64,000 nucleotides of DNA from Terriglobales bacterium (lineage in GTDB: Bacteria; Acidobacteriota; Terriglobia; Terriglobales; Acidobacteriaceae). Below, piece by piece: positions 1 through 9,584 of the stretch; the first letter of the stretch is position 1, and each line of letters opens with the position of its first letter. A program made the position numbers and the translations under genes. The stretch spans positions 3,791-67,790 of the forward strand of contig DATJEH010000219.1 in the NCBI GenBank assembly GCA_035496875.1, written 5' to 3'. Under the pieces are notes generated by a model, which saw only the letters and a program-made list of their open reading frames with translations, made no database searches and had not been told where the DNA came from.

Positions 1-72
1 CAGCCAGGCACCGAGCAGCAGCCAAAGAAGTACCAGGTTGGGGAGGGTGCACAGTCTGCGAATGGCCCGCAT
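1..72 (-). CDS. 5' end of a CDS running off the left edge; hydrophobic N-terminus, product unknown
   Basis: ATG at 70-72 (minus) opens a frame that stays open to position 1: MRAIRRLCTLPNLVLLWLLLGAWL. Only 24 codons are visible. Confidence 0.2.
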   Translation of the reverse strand, partial: MRAIRRLCTLPNLVLLWLLLGAWL

Positions 73-220
73 CCCGCTGCGAAACCGGCGCAGGACGAGG
101 AACCTGACACCTTCCACGGTGAAGAACACGGGTAAATTCTACACGAGCACTTTAGATGCTTGTGCTCGAGGGGATAGCAGACACGCTTCCTGGTCGGCGG
201 AGATTCAAAGACGAACAGAT

Positions 221-1063
221 CTAACTTGCTCTAGCCCGCACCGCCCGGCGAGTAGCTTCCAAAGTGTTGATGAGCGATTCCTTGGGGAGTTTCTGGATGA
301 TGGGTTCGATCGCCCATCCTAGCCCGAATGGCACGCCGCGCGTCAGCGATATGGCCCGGCACTCGACGACTACGCCGCGGTCACGTGCCAGGAATCGCCA
401 ATATGAATAAATACGCCAGAGGAACCCGTGACCCGTATCGGGCGGCAAGATCCGCTCATCCGGGCTTCCGGCATTTTCTACTTCTGCGATCCGGGTCGTG
501 TAGGAGCGGCAGATCCAGCGTGCTGGCTCCAAGGCACGATATCTCACGTCATGATCCGTATCCAGGACGACGGTGAAGACCTTTTTCTTCAGGAGCCGCA
601 AGTAAATCTGGAAGTGGTTAGCGCGACGGTTAATAAGCTTGGAGTCCACCACATCCGGCTTATAGATGTTCTTGTGGCTGTCGTAGTTCTGGATCACTGC
701 CAATATATCCTCCAGGGTGGAATGGGGAATAAAGGCGGCAGCAATCCAGTCGTGAATCAGGCCATCAGGCACCTTGGCCGGTGCTCGGCCGGACCAGAAT
801 TGCGCTACGATCTTTCCGCCACGGACCTGCTGGGCTCGCGCCGAATCGAGGTCAGACCAGAGGAATGGCCGCCTGCCCGCCAGCGTCTCTTCCATTGCCG
901 TTTCAGCTTGACGAATGTAGGCATCGAAAGCCTCAAGAGTTGGAGGCTGCAACTGCACGGTTTTTGCGCTTTCCGCCAAAGCCAAGAACCTATTGCGAAT
1001 CCTGGTACGGCCGCATACCCCTGTCAAGCGGGCGTGGTATACTGTAACAACGCTAATGACCAC
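221..1063 (-). CDS. conserved hypothetical protein
   Basis: 280-aa ORF with balanced composition. Overlapping plus-strand ORFs are Arg/Gly/Pro-rich shadows. No nameable motif; start uncertain. Confidence 0.5.
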   Translation of the reverse strand: MVISVVTVYHARLTGVCGRTRIRNRFLALAESAKTVQLQPPTLEAFDAYIRQAETAMEETLAGRRPFLWSDLDSARAQQVRGGKIVAQFWSGRAPAKVPDGLIHDWIAAAFIPHSTLEDILAVIQNYDSHKNIYKPDVVDSKLINRRANHFQIYLRLLKKKVFTVVLDTDHDVRYRALEPARWICRSYTTRIAEVENAGSPDERILPPDTGHGFLWRIYSYWRFLARDRGVVVECRAISLTRGVPFGLGWAIEPIIQKLPKESLINTLEATRRAVRARAS

Positions 1064-1232
1064 GGTTCGCTTGTGGCGTGGCAGTCCACTGAGTTTTGGT
1101 CTGACCCCTCCTAGGCTTTCCTGCCTTCCGTTTATTTCGCGTTAATCAACCATTGAGCGGCTTCCTTTGTACCGTCGCGAATCGCATCTTGAGTGCGTCT
1201 CGCGAGATGCCCTCCAGAAAGATACGATTCGA

Positions 1233-2432
1233 ATGACAAGCTTTTCCGAACTGCCTTTGTCTGCCACATTGCGGCAAAGGCTCTCCGCATCTCAGTTTCA
1301 CACTCCTACGCCAATTCAGGCGGCAGCGATCCCGCACGCTCTTGCGGGAAAAGACGTAATGGCCACAGCTCAGACCGGCACCGGCAAGACTCTGGCTTTT
1401 GTGGTGCCGATGATTGAGCACCTGCTGCAATCACCCTCCTCGAAGGGAGTCGCAGCCCTGGTGCTCGTCCCCACCCGTGAACTGGCCATGCAGGTGCACG
1501 AACAATTTGAACAGTTGCGTGGAAAAACGCTGCCGCCAGCCGCGCTGGTCGTCGGCGGGCTTGCTGAAGGCCGTCAGTTAAGCGCGATTCGCTCCGGCGC
1601 GCGCGTGGTGGTAGCCACTCCCGGGCGTCTCGAGGATTTCATCGAACGGAGGCTGGTGGACCTGCGGCACGTAGCCATCCTGGTTCTGGATGAAGCCGAT
1701 CGCATGCTGGACATGGGTTTCTTGCCATCTATCCGGCACATTGTGGGCGTTCTGCCAAAGCAGCGTCAGACACTGTGCTTTTCCGCTACCCTGCTGGCGT
1801 CGGTGGCAGGGTTGGTACGCGAGTACACCAGTGATCCGGTGCGAATCGCCTTGGGATCGACCTTAAAACCTGTTGACAGCGTGGAACTGCACGCCTTCGA
1901 AGTGACGGCCAATGACAAGTTCGACGCGCTGTGCCATCTGCTGCGCTCGGAAAAGGGTCGTACCCTGGTGTTCGCCCGCACCAAGCGTGGGACCGAACGT
2001 TTGGCCAAACACCTGGCGCGTGAAGGCTTTCTGATCGCCATGCTTCACGGCGATCGTTCGCAGTCGCAGCGCACGAGCGCGCTGAACGGCTTTGACGAAG
2101 GCCGATTCAAGGTGCTGGTAGCGACCGATGTCGCTTCCCGCGGACTTGACATTGAAAGTGTGGCGCACGTCATCAATTACGATCTGCCGACTTTGCCGGA
2201 AGATTTCATTCACCGAGTTGGAAGAACCGGACGGGCCGGCGCCCGCGGTCAGGCTTCGACCCTGGCCACTCCGGCGGAGGCACTGGAACTGCGGAACATC
2301 GAACGTGTGCTGGGGCTCCGCATACAACGTTGCGACATCAAAGCCGAGATTTCAGCCCAGAGATTGTCGCGGCCGGGAAACACGCTGGCCAGCCGGACAT
2401 TGCAGCCCTTGCCCGGTGAAGTATTTGCCTGA
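1233..2432 (+). CDS. DEAD-box ATP-dependent RNA helicase (RhlE/CsdA-like)
   Basis: Q-motif TPIQ, Walker A AQTGTGKT, DEAD box LDEADRM, SAT, HRVGRTGRAG. Start moved to the internal ATG at 1233 (MTSFSELPL). Confidence 0.9.
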   Translation: MTSFSELPLSATLRQRLSASQFHTPTPIQAAAIPHALAGKDVMATAQTGTGKTLAFVVPMIEHLLQSPSSKGVAALVLVPTRELAMQVHEQFEQLRGKTLPPAALVVGGLAEGRQLSAIRSGARVVVATPGRLEDFIERRLVDLRHVAILVLDEADRMLDMGFLPSIRHIVGVLPKQRQTLCFSATLLASVAGLVREYTSDPVRIALGSTLKPVDSVELHAFEVTANDKFDALCHLLRSEKGRTLVFARTKRGTERLAKHLAREGFLIAMLHGDRSQSQRTSALNGFDEGRFKVLVATDVASRGLDIESVAHVINYDLPTLPEDFIHRVGRTGRAGARGQASTLATPAEALELRNIERVLGLRIQRCDIKAEISAQRLSRPGNTLASRTLQPLPGEVFA

Positions 2433-2490
2433 TCAGAAGATAGCGGCCAAGGGAAGGGCGCAAACAGTCTCCCCTTCGCGGCCATACTGG

Positions 2491-2519
2491 TTGCTAATGC
2501 TCCACCGTCCGTGTAGCAT
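2491..2519 (+). promoter_or_regulatory. candidate sigma-70 promoter for cspA, giving a leader of about 120 nt
   Basis: TTGCTA (2491-2496), 17-nt spacer, TAGCAT (2514-2519). Sequence pattern only. Confidence 0.3.
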
Positions 2520-2642
2520 AAGGTTGTGCATTTAGACCGAATCGGTCGTGAGCAGCTCTTGCCTAATCAGCCAGTAACCTGCAGCTAGTACTTCCGAATC
2601 TCTCTCCAGCACAAACCGATCGAAAGGAATACCAGCAACATC

Positions 2643-2843
2643 ATGGAACAAGGAACAGTAAAGTGGTTTAACGACGCCAAAGGCTACGGCTTTATCAGCC
2701 GTCAGACGGGCGAGGATGTTTTCGTGCATTTTTCGGCGATCCAAGCAGGTGGGTTTAAGAGCCTGCAAGAGGGTCAGGCCGTGGAATTCGAAGTCACCAA
2801 AGGACCTAAGGGGTGGCAAGCGGAAAACGTTCGCCCACTCTAG
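2643..2843 (+). CDS. cspA: cold-shock protein (CspA family)
   Basis: 66 aa. [15 protein letters not shown] (RNP1-like) and VFVHFSAI (RNP2-like) motifs. Confidence 0.95.
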   Translation: MEQGTVKWFNDAKGYGFISRQTGEDVFVHFSAIQAGGFKSLQEGQAVEFEVTKGPKGWQAENVRPL

Positions 2844-2858
2844 TTGCAGTTGACGAGA

Positions 2859-2892
2859 GGCCGCGCTGGAAACAGCCGGCCTTTTTCGTTTC
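2859..2892 (+). terminator. rho-independent terminator of cspA
   Basis: GGCCGCGCTG-GAAA-CAGCCGGCC stem with one bulge, followed by TTTTTCGTTTC. Confidence 0.7.
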
Positions 2893-3258
2893 TCTGCGGC
2901 ATAGTGCTCGGCAATCCGGAAGGCGCGTTTCGATTAACAAATGCCATGGTGCGCAACTCTGTGCATCGAATCGGTGCCGGTTCGTGCTGCCGGAACCTCA
3001 CTGCCACTTGCCATAACTCCATAGTGCCGGAATTATGCCGCACATGCTGGAGAAGCGCGTATACTGAAGCTACCGCTTGACCACGAAGACACATCGCAGC
3101 CTTTCTCCCTGCGCCTTCGCGATTAAGAGGCTTGGCCTCGCGTAGGCGCTCATGCGCACAACGAGTCTGACGCTTCATGACAAAGGGGAGCTGTGTGTGG
3201 CACAACTGCGGTATGCCGCGCGCGCCCTTAGCTCGGTGGGCAAAAAGGAGCGACGGCG

Positions 3259-3318
3259 ATGTTCACTAAGATTAGGAAAGTTCTGACGGCTTCTGGAGCG
3301 GGAAGCGAGTCTTTATGA
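3259..3318 (+). CDS. 19-codon upstream ORF coupled to the next gene
   Basis: AAGGAG lies 7 nt before the ATG. Peptide MFTKIRKVLTASGAGSESL. Its stop overlaps the next start as ATGA (3315-3318). Confidence 0.3.
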   Translation: MFTKIRKVLTASGAGSESL

Positions 3319-3977
3319 ATCAAGCCTTGGCTCCTGCCGCCCGAAAGAAGCACATCCTTCTAGTGGTCAGCGATGACGTGCAGCGCGACTTGCGGGCCCG
3401 GGTGCTGCGGAAGCTGGGAACGGACGTGGAATGCGCTGCCGATATCAGCGAAGCGCGCTCGCTCTGGCGGGCGGATTCCTACAATCTTGTCCTCTTCGAT
3501 GTAATCGGAGATGGGCGCGGTCTGGAAGAATTCTGCACCGAGGTTAGAGCCGCCAAGCCCCCGCAGACAGTCGCTTTCCTGGTGGGCAAACCTGAGTATA
3601 TCGCTGCCTCCCCACGCATGGAGGGGGTGGTCGAGAGTGGCGACGGCAGCGGGCATGCCGCTTGGGGAGATGTGGTGGCCTCTCTGTTTGCCGGCGCGTG
3701 CCAAGGACTTCCCCGGCGGTGGGGCTTTCAAGAGGCTGCATGGCGAATCGCAGCCGCACGCTCCATGAAAGACCCGTGCCGCAATCAGTCTCGCGATTAC
3801 ACAAAAGTTTCGGCCCGCATTCACGAAAAATCGCCGGTTCCGAACTGGGCTGAGGCGGTAGCTCAGCATTCCATTGTTACCTCGGCTGCTACACCGGCCA
3901 GCACGCCGGCAGCAGCCATATTGGGCGATGAGAGTATGCTGGCAGCACCTGATGTACATCTGGAGAAGATAGGATGA
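3315..3977 (+). CDS. receiver (REC)-domain protein with an uncharacterised C-terminal half
   Basis: LLVVSDD ... NLVLFDV ... VAFLVGKP follows the CheY-like acidic pocket / Asp / Lys pattern. Confidence 0.6.
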   Translation: MNQALAPAARKKHILLVVSDDVQRDLRARVLRKLGTDVECAADISEARSLWRADSYNLVLFDVIGDGRGLEEFCTEVRAAKPPQTVAFLVGKPEYIAASPRMEGVVESGDGSGHAAWGDVVASLFAGACQGLPRRWGFQEAAWRIAAARSMKDPCRNQSRDYTKVSARIHEKSPVPNWAEAVAQHSIVTSAATPASTPAAAILGDESMLAAPDVHLEKIG

Positions 3978-4318
3978 AGAACCTGTTTGTTGGCAACTTA
4001 CCCCAAAGTGCGACGGAAGATGAACTGCGAACGTTGTTCGCTGCGCATGGTAACGTGGAGAAAGTCAGCCTGGTAACCGACCGGGACACCGGCCGGTCGC
4101 GGGGCTTTGCCTTTGTAGAGATGAGCGATGCGGGCGAGGCCGCCAAGGCCATAGCCGCGCTGGACGGCAGCCAACTGGGCGGACGCGCCTTGAAGGTAAA
4201 TGAGGCCCGTCCCAAGTTGGAGCGTGGCTTTGGAGGCCAGGGCGGAGGCCGCTCTAAAGGTTCCGGACGCGATGATTATCGCGGCCATGCTCGGCAACCC
4301 CGAGAGCCCCGCTGGTAA
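3974..4318 (+). CDS. RRM-type RNA-binding protein with a Gly/Arg-rich tail
   Basis: RNP2 LFVGNL, RNP1 RGFAFVEM, C-terminal GFGGQGGGRSKGSGRDDYRG. ATGA overlap with the upstream gene. Confidence 0.9.
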   Translation: MKNLFVGNLPQSATEDELRTLFAAHGNVEKVSLVTDRDTGRSRGFAFVEMSDAGEAAKAIAALDGSQLGGRALKVNEARPKLERGFGGQGGGRSKGSGRDDYRGHARQPREPRW

Positions 4319-4400
4319 CTCACCGCTAAACCTGTAACACCGGGACGCTAGCCCCTTTCGGCCGGCGCCCGGCACCGATATGTTTTCCTGGGAGGAGTGT

Positions 4401-4628
4401 ATGCCGGGTCGAGGCCGTTCGACTTTCAACAAACGTCAGAAAGAGATCTCGCGGCAGGAGAAGCGGCGCGAGAAAGCTGCCCGCAAACAACAGCGTAAGC
4501 TGGAAAAACAATCGGGGTTGCCGGAAAACTCATCCGATCCCACCATGGCAGAATCATCCCTCACCGACTCGCTGCAACCTTCGGATGAACCGGCGGTTGA
4601 TTCTAATTTTGCACCTGAAACTGATTAA
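4401..4628 (+). CDS. small charged hypothetical protein (basic N-terminus, acidic C-terminus)
   Basis: GGGAGGAG SD before the ATG at 4401. Begins MPGRGRSTFNKRQKEISRQEKRREKAARKQQRK. Confidence 0.5.
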   Translation: MPGRGRSTFNKRQKEISRQEKRREKAARKQQRKLEKQSGLPENSSDPTMAESSLTDSLQPSDEPAVDSNFAPETD

Positions 4629-4839
4629 AGGACCAACGCGGTTGAAGGTCCCAAGGACTATCCCTTCCTGAAATTTCAGAACACGTTCTCTGCCAAGTCT
4701 CCCCAAACAGTCGAGTAACGGATTGCGTCGGACTCTACCTGATCAATCCGATGGCAACCAATGCAGGTGAGAATTGCAAAGCTCGGGGGGCGCAAGGTGA
4801 TCCTGCGATGTGACAGGGCGACAGAAAGGAGTCCGGGGG

Positions 4840-5406
4840 TCAGAAGCGCAAGGCGATTCCGGCGGTCACAAACAGGTTATTCTGCCGGCCCAGAACCAGG
4901 GTCTGCAACCCGACTCCGCCGGAATTGAAGTCGCGGATCTCGGCGCGGAGGCCCACGATGGGCAAAATCTTAAGGTCCAGGCCGCCGCCGATGTCGAGCG
5001 CGAAGGTGCTATCGGCGCTCGTGGTTCCGTTAAAAAGCTGGCGATTAAAACGCGCATAACCCAATCCGGCGGCAACGTAAGGCGATATGAAAAATGAGGG
5101 AGCCAGACGTACCCGCACGCCTGGAGTAATGAACAATGACGTATAACTGCGCGCTACCGTGAGCCCGCTGAGGGTAGGAATATCGGAACTGAAGGAGCCG
5201 GCCACCGGCAATTCGGCGTAGATTCCGAGCAGGGGTACGGAAGCAATGCGGTGGGCGAAAGTGCCTTCCAGCGCCGGGGCGGCGCCCAGGCTGAGCGGAC
5301 TGCTGACATTGAAATAACCCCCGCCGGTAAGGGCAATGTCGTTCTTCTGCGCCTGCGCGCCTGCGGCTATCAACACACACAACACACCCAGTATTGTCTT
5401 GCGCAC
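4840..5406 (-). CDS. outer-membrane beta-barrel protein (OmpW/OmpA-like small barrel)
   Basis: AAGGAGGA SD then GTG start at 5404-5406. Signal peptide RKTILGVLCVLIAAGAQAQ, alternating beta-strand pattern, C-terminal ...GIALRF. Confidence 0.75.
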   Translation of the reverse strand: MRKTILGVLCVLIAAGAQAQKNDIALTGGGYFNVSSPLSLGAAPALEGTFAHRIASVPLLGIYAELPVAGSFSSDIPTLSGLTVARSYTSLFITPGVRVRLAPSFFISPYVAAGLGYARFNRQLFNGTTSADSTFALDIGGGLDLKILPIVGLRAEIRDFNSGGVGLQTLVLGRQNNLFVTAGIALRF

Positions 5407-5544
5407 CAATCCTCCTTGGAGCTCCTGGAAAGAGGCAAGAGTCTCCGGCAGCGCGGAGCCAGACGCTCCGTCCCGGTCCAATTTTTCCAGGTAAGCTGGG
5501 AAGGTTAGATGCAGGAATCAGCCCCGGTGTCCACGTCCAGGCAT

Positions 5545-6126
5545 TCACATTGGAGCAGCGTCCAACTGGTTGAGCTTGCTGATCAGCAGCTCGGGGTGAA
5601 TGGGCTTAGGGAGCAGTTCGAAGGAGTAACCCTGCTCTTCGGCGGTCTTGAGCAGGTCGGAAGTTGCGGCCTGGCCGGAGAAGAGCAGGATGCGTGCGTC
5701 GGGGCACATCTCCTGGATAGCTTTGGCAGCCTCGATGCCGTTCACCCGGGGCATGACGACGTCCGTAATAATGGCATCAGGGCAATCCTCCAGCACCTCG
5801 CGAATGGCCTGCCGGCCGTCATAGGCGACACGGGTTTCGAAGCCGTGAAGGGAGAGGATGCCGGCGATGCTGTGGGCGACGGTGCGCTCATCGTCTACTA
5901 CCAGGATGGTGGTCTTGCGGCCGCGTCGGCTGGAGGGCAGGTTCCTGCCCAGCGCTTTCAGTGCGGCCTCCACCCGGCGCAGTTCGCTGCGCAGAGCTTC
6001 TTCGATTTCCTCCGACCGTCTCTCGCCACGAGCCACTCGGCTCACATAGGAGCGGTCAACTCCGAGTTGCCGGGCAACCCGGCTGTAGACACCGCGAAAA
6101 AGGGCGTAAGGCTTGCGCTCATTCAT
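5545..6126 (-). CDS. response regulator with an N-terminal HTH-like segment and a C-terminal receiver
   Basis: VARQLGVDRSYVSRVARGER (HTH-like), then ILVVDDE ... AIITDVVMP ... LLFSGQ ... LPKP. Start ambiguous (6126, 6171 or 6246). Confidence 0.7.
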   Translation of the reverse strand: MNERKPYALFRGVYSRVARQLGVDRSYVSRVARGERRSEEIEEALRSELRRVEAALKALGRNLPSSRRGRKTTILVVDDERTVAHSIAGILSLHGFETRVAYDGRQAIREVLEDCPDAIITDVVMPRVNGIEAAKAIQEMCPDARILLFSGQAATSDLLKTAEEQGYSFELLPKPIHPELLISKLNQLDAAPM

Positions 6127-6554
6127 TCGTCGCGCCTGCACTTTCCGCTCGCGATTGTGCCGCGCGAGCATGGGTTTAAATGTGGACGAAGGGGCGCGGA
6201 CTAGGCTTGGGGGAAACGGAGATTCCACGCTAGAGCCGACTTCCACGAGAGTGGCAACCCAGCCCTACGTGGTTGATTTCCGCGGTCGTGAACCGTCCTT
6301 ACGTGGGAAGCGTGCGGGCGCAACCGAGTTGCCAGGAGTAGCAAATCGAGGACCATGGCGGTCAGTCGTGCAACACTGGCTGCCCGCCGGGTACGCTCGT
6401 GCTGGAGGCGATTGTGGTAATCTTTCAGGGCCCCGGTTGTCACCGACGGTGACTCTGGTCTGATCTGTTCTGTTCCCCTGACAGCAACGGTTTCTCCAGG
6501 ATGGCGCTCCAGGTGAGGTATGCCTCGCGCCCAACAGCATGCGGAGGCTTGTGA

Positions 6555-6932
6555 ATGACAGGGGGAGCAAAAACCATATTGATTGCCGACGATGAGCCTA
6601 CGGTCGCGAACACCGTGAGGATGATCCTGGAGCGCGCCGGCTACCAGACGATGGTGGCCCACGACGGTAACACCGCAGCTCGGTTGATCCAGGAAGTCGG
6701 GCCAGACGCCGTGCTGCTGGACGTGATACTCCCAGGAATCGACGGCGTGGAAGTGGCGATCCGGGCCTGCCGCAGCGCGCCCAACTGTAAGGTAGTACTG
6801 TTCTCAGGCCGGCCCGATGCCGCCGAACTGCTGGCCCAGGCCCAGGCTCGCGGCTACCACTTTGAAATTCTGGCCAAGCCTGCCCGGCCGCAGGAACTGC
6901 TGGAGAAAATGCGCGAAATGCTGGCGGCTTAG
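6555..6932 (+). CDS. single-domain CheY-like response regulator
   Basis: ILIADDEP ... AVLLDVILPGIDG ... VVLFSGR ... LAKP. GGAGG SD 7 nt upstream. Confidence 0.9.
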   Translation: MTGGAKTILIADDEPTVANTVRMILERAGYQTMVAHDGNTAARLIQEVGPDAVLLDVILPGIDGVEVAIRACRSAPNCKVVLFSGRPDAAELLAQAQARGYHFEILAKPARPQELLEKMREMLAA

Positions 6933-7187
6933 CAAAAACTTACAATTCATACTGCAGGCTTGACAGAGTGTTGCGGCAGATCAGCCGCGCAGCTTCGCCA
7001 GGGCGGCGATCCGGGCCAGCACGCTAGCTGATAAGTAGAGGAACCCCTCCACCAGGTAGCAGAGGATTCAACCCTGAAATTGTGGAGGACGCATATAGAT
7101 ATTCTAATCGTGCGCGCCCCACAATTCTCCGGGGACTAATCAGAGCCCGGCAGCACCCGGCTCCGCACGTTGCTGTCCGCCTGGCGG

Positions 7188-8252
7188 CTAGTGGCAGGCT
7201 CCCGGTTCCGCTGCCGCGGAGATCAATTGCGGCTTATCGGGGGCGGCGGCGGACTCTACGTTCACTTCGCGCAAAAACTCCGCCGCTGCTTCCGGGAGCA
7301 CGGTGTTGATGTACATGCCCGAGCCCAGTTCGAAACCGGCTACCCGCGTCAGCCGGGGAATGATGCTTACATACCAGTGGTAGTACTTCACTCCCGAGCA
7401 CTCCGCCGGAGCGGAACGAATGGTGAAGTTGAAGTCAGGGTCGTGCAGGCCATAGTAGAGCTTGGCCAGCACCAGGCGGAGCACGTGGGCCAAGTCGGAG
7501 GTTTCTTGGCCGCCAATATCGGCGAAATTGGCCATATGCCGCCGGGGATAGATATGGGTGCAAAAGGGAGTGTAGGAAGCAAACGGCTGAAGAGCGACGA
7601 AATGGTCGGTGACCACGACCAGGCGGCTCCCGTCCTGCAATTCCTCGTCAACGGCGGAGCAGAAAATACACTCGCCAAATTCGTCGTAGTGGCGCAAAGC
7701 CTCGTATAAGCGGCTGCGCACCTGGGAGGAGATCACCGGAGTGGCGATCAGTTGCGAGTGAGGGTGCTCCAGGCTGGTTCCCGCATCCATGCCATGATTC
7801 TTGAAGATGGTCACGTTGGCGATGCGCGAATCCAGGCTGAGGTCCGTGCAGCGCGCCCTGAGAGCGCGAAGCACACTGGCGACCTGCGCGTCCGACATCA
7901 GGGCGGTGGCCTGGGAGTGGTCAGGCGTCTCGATGACCACTTCGTGGACTCCAAACCCGTTGACCGTGCGATGGGAGCGCTCCACCACGCGGTGAGGCGT
8001 GAGCTCAGGCTGCAAGGCTGCGAACTTGTTGGGCACCACCCGCACCAGCCAGCGGCCATTGCCCGGCGCGGCCACGCGCAGCACTTCCGGCGGCGTGCAC
8101 TTCTCATTGCCGGGGCAGAAAGGGCACTTCGCATCGAAGCTGGGCAGACTGCGGGGGGCGCGCAGCACCACCATGTCCTTGGGGCGCTTGGCACGCTCGG
8201 TAGCGATGATCACCCATTCTTTGGTGAAGCGGTTCTGGCGAAGTTCGGGCAT
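7188..8252 (-). CDS. galactose-1-phosphate uridylyltransferase-like (HIT superfamily, GalT type)
   Basis: N-terminal RFTKEWVIIATERAKRP, zinc motif CPFCPGNE, active-site HPHSQL. Confidence 0.8.
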   Translation of the reverse strand: MPELRQNRFTKEWVIIATERAKRPKDMVVLRAPRSLPSFDAKCPFCPGNEKCTPPEVLRVAAPGNGRWLVRVVPNKFAALQPELTPHRVVERSHRTVNGFGVHEVVIETPDHSQATALMSDAQVASVLRALRARCTDLSLDSRIANVTIFKNHGMDAGTSLEHPHSQLIATPVISSQVRSRLYEALRHYDEFGECIFCSAVDEELQDGSRLVVVTDHFVALQPFASYTPFCTHIYPRRHMANFADIGGQETSDLAHVLRLVLAKLYYGLHDPDFNFTIRSAPAECSGVKYYHWYVSIIPRLTRVAGFELGSGMYINTVLPEAAAEFLREVNVESAAAPDKPQLISAAAEPGACH

Positions 8253-8328
8253 GTATCACCTCCCTGCCCTAAGTTGGATGGCGCTGGAGGGCGCATCCGC
8301 GTAGTGTAAAATTCCCAAGCAAACCGCC

Positions 8329-9384
8329 ATGCAACCCAATAAAGTTTCTGTCGGTGTGCTGGGCGCCACCGGAATCGTCGGCCAGCGTTTTTTGCAGATG
8401 CTGGAAAAGCATCCCTGGTTCGAAGTGAACTGGGTAGCTGCCTCGGAGCGTTCGGAAGGACGTGCGTATGCCGAAGCGGTGCGCTGGCGGATGAAAACGC
8501 CGATTCCAGCACGGGACGCCGCCTTGCCCGTGTCCCCAGCCCATCCCGAGGGCGCCCCAAAAATCATTTTTGCGGCGCTGGACGCCGCCATTGCCGCGGA
8601 ACTGGAACCGCGCTTCGCTGCCGCCGGACACATCGTAATTTCCAACTCCAGCGCCCTGCGCATGCAGAAGGACGTGCCCCTGGTGATACCGGAGGTCAAC
8701 GCCGGACACCTGAAAGTGCTGGAGTGCCAGTCGTGGCGGCGCCAGAGCGGCGGGTTCGTGGTTACCAATCCCAACTGCTCCGCCATCGGCTTGGTACTGG
8801 CCCTGGCCCCATTAGAGCAGCAATTCGGACTGGAGAAGGTGATGGCGGTCACTATGCAGGCGGTCAGCGGGGCGGGTTATCCCGGAGTGGCATCGCTGGA
8901 CATTTTGGGAAACGTCATCCCCTACATCGCCAAGGAAGAAGAAAAGATGGAGGAGGAGACTCGCAAGCTGCTGGGAGAGGTGCGGGACGGGCACATCGAG
9001 CTGGCGGAATTCTCCATGAGCGCGCAGTGCAACCGGGTGGCGGTGGAGGACGGGCACACGGAATCGGTGGCGGTGAAATTCAAGAAGAAGGCAAGCGCCC
9101 CGGAGCTTATCGAGGCCTGGACGAAATTCCGGGCGCTCCCCCAGGAACTGAGGCTGCCCAGCGCACCCGAGCGTCCAGTGGAGTACGTTGCGGCTTCCGA
9201 CCGCCCGCAGCCGCGCTTCGACGTGGACCGGGGGGCGGGCATGACGGCTTGCGTGGGCCGGTTACGCCCTTGCGGCGTGCTGGACTGGAAATTCACCGTC
9301 ATTTCGCATAACACCATCCGGGGCGCGGCCGGGGCGGCTCTGCTGAATGCCGAACTGCTAAAGGCGCAGGGCTACTTTGACTGA
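8329..9384 (+). CDS. asd: aspartate-semialdehyde dehydrogenase
   Basis: VGVLGATGIVGQRF NAD(P) fold, catalytic TNPNCS, SGAGYPGV. Confidence 0.9.
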   Translation: MQPNKVSVGVLGATGIVGQRFLQMLEKHPWFEVNWVAASERSEGRAYAEAVRWRMKTPIPARDAALPVSPAHPEGAPKIIFAALDAAIAAELEPRFAAAGHIVISNSSALRMQKDVPLVIPEVNAGHLKVLECQSWRRQSGGFVVTNPNCSAIGLVLALAPLEQQFGLEKVMAVTMQAVSGAGYPGVASLDILGNVIPYIAKEEEKMEEETRKLLGEVRDGHIELAEFSMSAQCNRVAVEDGHTESVAVKFKKKASAPELIEAWTKFRALPQELRLPSAPERPVEYVAASDRPQPRFDVDRGAGMTACVGRLRPCGVLDWKFTVISHNTIRGAAGAALLNAELLKAQGYFD

Positions 9385-9390
9385 ACGGAC

Positions 9391-9428
9391 TTCATTCGCC
9401 GCGAATCAACCTCTTCGCCACGGATGAA
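9391..9428 (+). terminator. compound hairpin downstream of asd (terminator-like, no clear T-run)
   Basis: TTCATTCG-CC-GCGAA-TCAACCTC-TTCGC-CA-CGGATGAA. Confidence 0.35.
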
Positions 9429-9584
9429 CGCCCATGCATGCGGGTTCTCTTGTTTCTTTTCTCTTGACCTTGGGTGCTCGAAGCCATGGCGAGATACCAA
9501 ACAAAGTAAAATTCCATCGCCGGCAGTATCCGCGTTAGTCCTCGTCAATCAGCGGCGCAGGAATTTTAAATTCAGGAATCGCCG

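Noticed and set aside
2893-3258. ORF-poor stretch of about 365 bp after the cspA terminator, with short hairpins and a TGGCAC word.
   Set aside because: The TGGCAC has no correctly spaced TTGC partner and the hairpins are short and unconvincing. It is treated as the upstream regulatory region of the REC-domain gene.
9385-9584. Possible lysine riboswitch (L-box) or attenuator upstream of lysC.
   Set aside because: I could not find the conserved L-box core or a convincing multi-stem junction. There is only a post-asd hairpin and a pyrimidine-rich tract. A covariance-model scan would be needed to be sure.
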